This document shows, piece by piece, positions 61,432 to 64,000 of a stretch of 64,000 nucleotides of DNA. The translations under genes were made by a program, and so were the position numbers. The stretch's first letter is position 1. Every line of letters begins with the position of its first letter. Below the pieces are notes generated by a model, which saw nothing but the letters and a program-made list of their open reading frames with translations, did no database searches and was not told the DNA's origin. The stretch comes from a virus (taxonomy: Duplodnaviria > Caudoviricetes), in IMG/VR virus record IMGVR_UViG_3300042691_041259, positions 1-64,000 of that record. One strand, given 5' to 3'.

Positions 61432-62992
61432 CTAGCGTAGCGGTGTCGCCTACATTAAAACCAAGGCCTTCAGATACTGTGGTGGCTGCGGTTTCAGCGT
61501 TGGCAAGCTTAGCGTATTCAGACTTAAGAAAATTGATCTCTTCATCAATTGCAGAGATGAGATCTTTTACCTCAGCCTCTTCGCTCATTCCGTCAGGAAG
61601 ATTTTCAAGCTTTGAACGTTGCTCAGTAAGATGAGCTATTGACTGTACAAATTCTTCTTTAAGTGTAGACATCTTTTTCAATTCCTTTTCCTCCTCATTT
61701 AAGAGTTCGGCAAATGTAGAAGAAATGTCAGTCTTCATGAATTCCATTACAAGATTCTTGGTTTGAGTAGCATTGCAATCTGTGTAGAATACGCTTTCAT
61801 TCATCAATTTGTTTGACTTGTTGATGAAGATATTTTCTCCCAAGAAGAATAGTGTCATTGATTTGCCAGCGTCAGACTTTGATGTGATAGTCTTGGCAAA
61901 ATCCATTTCAAAAATATTGTTCCAGTTTTCAGAGATAGCAAAAATAGCATTAATGTTTTTGCTTTCAGTCATTCTGAATACTCCAGCATTAAGATATACT
62001 TTATGAATGTCTTCTTTATTTACAACCTTTCCATTGATCTTTACTTGAGACTCGCTGATTTCAATCACTTTGTCTCCTGAGTATAACTTAATCAAGCCTT
62101 CAGCCACAATTACGTTATCCCAGGTAAGAATATCAGCTACTGCTTTGAAAGATTCTGGAAGAGCTGTTATCTCATCGCTTGATGCAATGGCAATAGAATT
62201 ACCTTCTTTTTTGTATACTTGTGAACCTGCAAGGAAAAACTCGCTGGATTCTGCTATGAAAACTGGTGAATATACTCGGTTGATATTGCAGCTAGTATCG
62301 CTTGCTGCTATATGGAAAGCTCTTTCAGATTCAGAAAGAAACTTATGCAGATTTTTTACATTTGGATCAAATAAAAACTGTGAAGCCTTTTCCATGAGCT
62401 TTACTCTTGAAGAAGAATTGCGATTGTTCAAATACTCATCTAATTGAGCAGACATTGCTGGCATTAAATAGTTTGAAGTAGAACGCTTAATGTTTTCTAC
62501 AATTTTGTAGATTGTAATTTCTTCACGGAATTTCTCAGAATTCTCTGTCAATGATTTCAAACATTCATTAACAGTAGGATCCCAGTTAAATGGTGTGAGG
62601 GAAGCGATAACGCTTTCAATAATCATCCATTCTGGTTGTGCAGTCACAGCTTTAAGCTTTTCAAACATATATGAGAAAGCTGGATGCTTTGAGATCTCAG
62701 ACTCGCCAATAACAGCAAATGTCTTCTTTACTCCGAGATTGTTTAAGTTTTCGATTCTCTTTTCGATAACGTTCATTGAAATGAACTGCTTTGCAGACTC
62801 ATCCTCAATTTTTGACAGACCTTCAATAAGTGTGTTCAAAATATCTGCCTCAAGAACTGAGTTTTCTTCTGCAGAAATAGCATAGGCGTTATTGCTGTCG
62901 ATTCGACGGATAGCCTCGTTGCATGCATTAAGTACTGCGGTTGACGTTGTTTTGGTCTGCAGTGTTTCAATTCTATTTCTTAGTGTAGACAT
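61418..62992 (-). CDS. Hypothetical, largely helical protein (524 aa), head-gene cluster
   Basis: Follows a class III motif; ends in the A9 run. Confidence 0.75.
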   Translation of the reverse strand: MSTLRNRIETLQTKTTSTAVLNACNEAIRRIDSNNAYAISAEENSVLEADILNTLIEGLSKIEDESAKQFISMNVIEKRIENLNNLGVKKTFAVIGESEISKHPAFSYMFEKLKAVTAQPEWMIIESVIASLTPFNWDPTVNECLKSLTENSEKFREEITIYKIVENIKRSTSNYLMPAMSAQLDEYLNNRNSSSRVKLMEKASQFLFDPNVKNLHKFLSESERAFHIAASDTSCNINRVYSPVFIAESSEFFLAGSQVYKKEGNSIAIASSDEITALPESFKAVADILTWDNVIVAEGLIKLYSGDKVIEISESQVKINGKVVNKEDIHKVYLNAGVFRMTESKNINAIFAISENWNNIFEMDFAKTITSKSDAGKSMTLFFLGENIFINKSNKLMNESVFYTDCNATQTKNLVMEFMKTDISSTFAELLNEEEKELKKMSTLKEEFVQSIAHLTEQRSKLENLPDGMSEEAEVKDLISAIDEEINFLKSEYAKLANAETAATTVSEGLGFNVGDTATLGKKK

Positions 62993-63022
62993 GTGCCTTA
63001 TTTTGTTTTTATTTTCTTCTAA

Positions 63023-63031
63023 CTATATATC
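63023..63031 (-). promoter_or_regulatory. Class III promoter GATATATAG
   Basis: Heads the run 524-aa gene, sigma, gp4, gp2, portal, fibre. Confidence 0.65.
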
Positions 63032-63057
63032 TCTCCCTTTTAGCAATCTATGAAACA

Positions 63058-64000
63058 TTACTTGACAGTTATGTGACCATCGATAAGCCCGCCTTGTATT
63101 AAAGTCAAAGGCGAGGATAAGTTAGCGTTGTTTGTTATTTGTATTTCGTTAGTTGCTTCCATTATTTGCTCAACAGTACTACCGATAGGAATACCAGCTC
63201 CTACAACAGGCATACCTATATAGATACCAAGAGCGTCAAGGTTGCCCGCTATTGATATGTTTGGTATAAGATTTGTGAGCATATTTGACCCGTTAGTGGT
63301 CTGTGCCTGAAATTCTATAGGCTTTCTTAAAATTTGCGAGACGCTTTCATTATTTGCGTCCTCTATCAAAAGCTCAAATTTGTTTACCGGAGTAGGATCA
63401 AAATCTGCGCCAACCGCATATACGGTAGATCCTATTATCGTGCCAGCAACTACGTTTGGCGATATTGTTGGCGCTATAGTTGCATGAGACGTATCATTAA
63501 CTATAATGCTATCCGTTCCCAGGTATGTATAACCTCCATTAAGAACTATGATATTTTCTACGTTTCCAAGAGCATTGATGATTGCTCTTAACGAAGCGCC
63601 CTGTCCAGATTGCGTGCTTACAAAAGCTTTTGTTGTTTCTGGTTTGGTTTCCGCTCCACTTGTGTTAAAGAATGGGATGTTCCATGTATAAGACCCAGAG
63701 TTTTTTAGATTTTTGACAATTGGAATCCAATCTGGATTGCCCACTCTTCTATAGTATATGTTAACTCTGGTAATAGGGCCTGTGTTTGTCCATGAAATAA
63801 TCGATTGGCCGGAAGAAAAGTAAATTTCACCATGGCTTGGCGAAGTGATTTCAAATCTTGGAAGATTGTATTTTTCATCAGATTTCCACTCAATGTTTGG
63901 TCCGCCTGGGTAATTCATACGGTTTCCGCCAAATCTTTCCGTAGTTGGATCGGTAACTGGGAAGTATGTTTCCAATTGCAATGGAACGTTGAAAGCAATT
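63058..64000 (-). CDS. 5'-truncated structural protein (possible gp15-like C-terminus plus Ig-like and beta-repeat domains)
   Basis: The frame is open to the window edge (IAFNVPLQLETYFPV). It contains FEITSP...ISWTN...IYY...W..I...N.GSYTWNIP and the GAGIPIGSTV repeat also seen at 22983..23690. Confidence 0.55.
   Translation of the reverse strand, partial: IAFNVPLQLETYFPVTDPTTERFGGNRMNYPGGPNIEWKSDEKYNLPRFEITSPSHGEIYFSSGQSIISWTNTGPITRVNIYYRRVGNPDWIPIVKNLKNSGSYTWNIPFFNTSGAETKPETTKAFVSTQSGQGASLRAIINALGNVENIIVLNGGYTYLGTDSIIVNDTSHATIAPTISPNVVAGTIIGSTVYAVGADFDPTPVNKFELLIEDANNESVSQILRKPIEFQAQTTNGSNMLTNLIPNISIAGNLDALGIYIGMPVVGAGIPIGSTVEQIMEATNEIQITNNANLSSPLTLIQGGLIDGHITVK

Noticed and set aside
1-64000. 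Stop-codon reassignment (TAG or TGA), as in some Bacteroidota phages
   Set aside because: Conserved genes (thyA, terL, portal, sheath) are full length in code 11, and TAG and TGA occur as normal terminal stops.

Overview
This 64-kb window looks like part of a T4-like (myovirus) jumbo phage genome, most likely infecting a Bacteroidota host. Almost all genes are on the minus strand and read through normally in genetic code 11. The right half is a virion morphogenesis and replication block. It contains a gp15-like fragment, gp55-like late sigma factor, gp4 head-completion nuclease, gp2 DNA end protector, gp20 portal, a 1466-aa Gly-Thr-Ser triplet fibre, gp44/gp62-like clamp loader, 5'-3' exonuclease, gp14-like neck protein, terminase, a very large tail sheath, tail tube, hub/chaperone and a 2234-aa tape-measure-like protein. 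The left half is accessory: ThyA, dCMP deaminase, guanylate kinase, UvsE, SmpB, an ECF sigma factor, an AAA ATPase, an Aah/TibC-like glycosyltransferase and RNA-repair-associated domains. The most unusual signal is a cluster of four signal-peptide proteins with Bacteroidota Type IX secretion (T9SS) C-terminal sorting domains (three clear, one degenerate), interleaved with phage genes and lying downstream of the same putative late-promoter motif as the virion genes. Other strong signals are a canonical -1 frameshift site that joins a split beta-barrel domain upstream of the late sigma factor, a possible +1 frameshift at the tail chaperone position, and three recurring promoter-like motif classes, one with a strictly spaced upstream box. 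All family assignments come from motif recognition by eye; no database searches were run.
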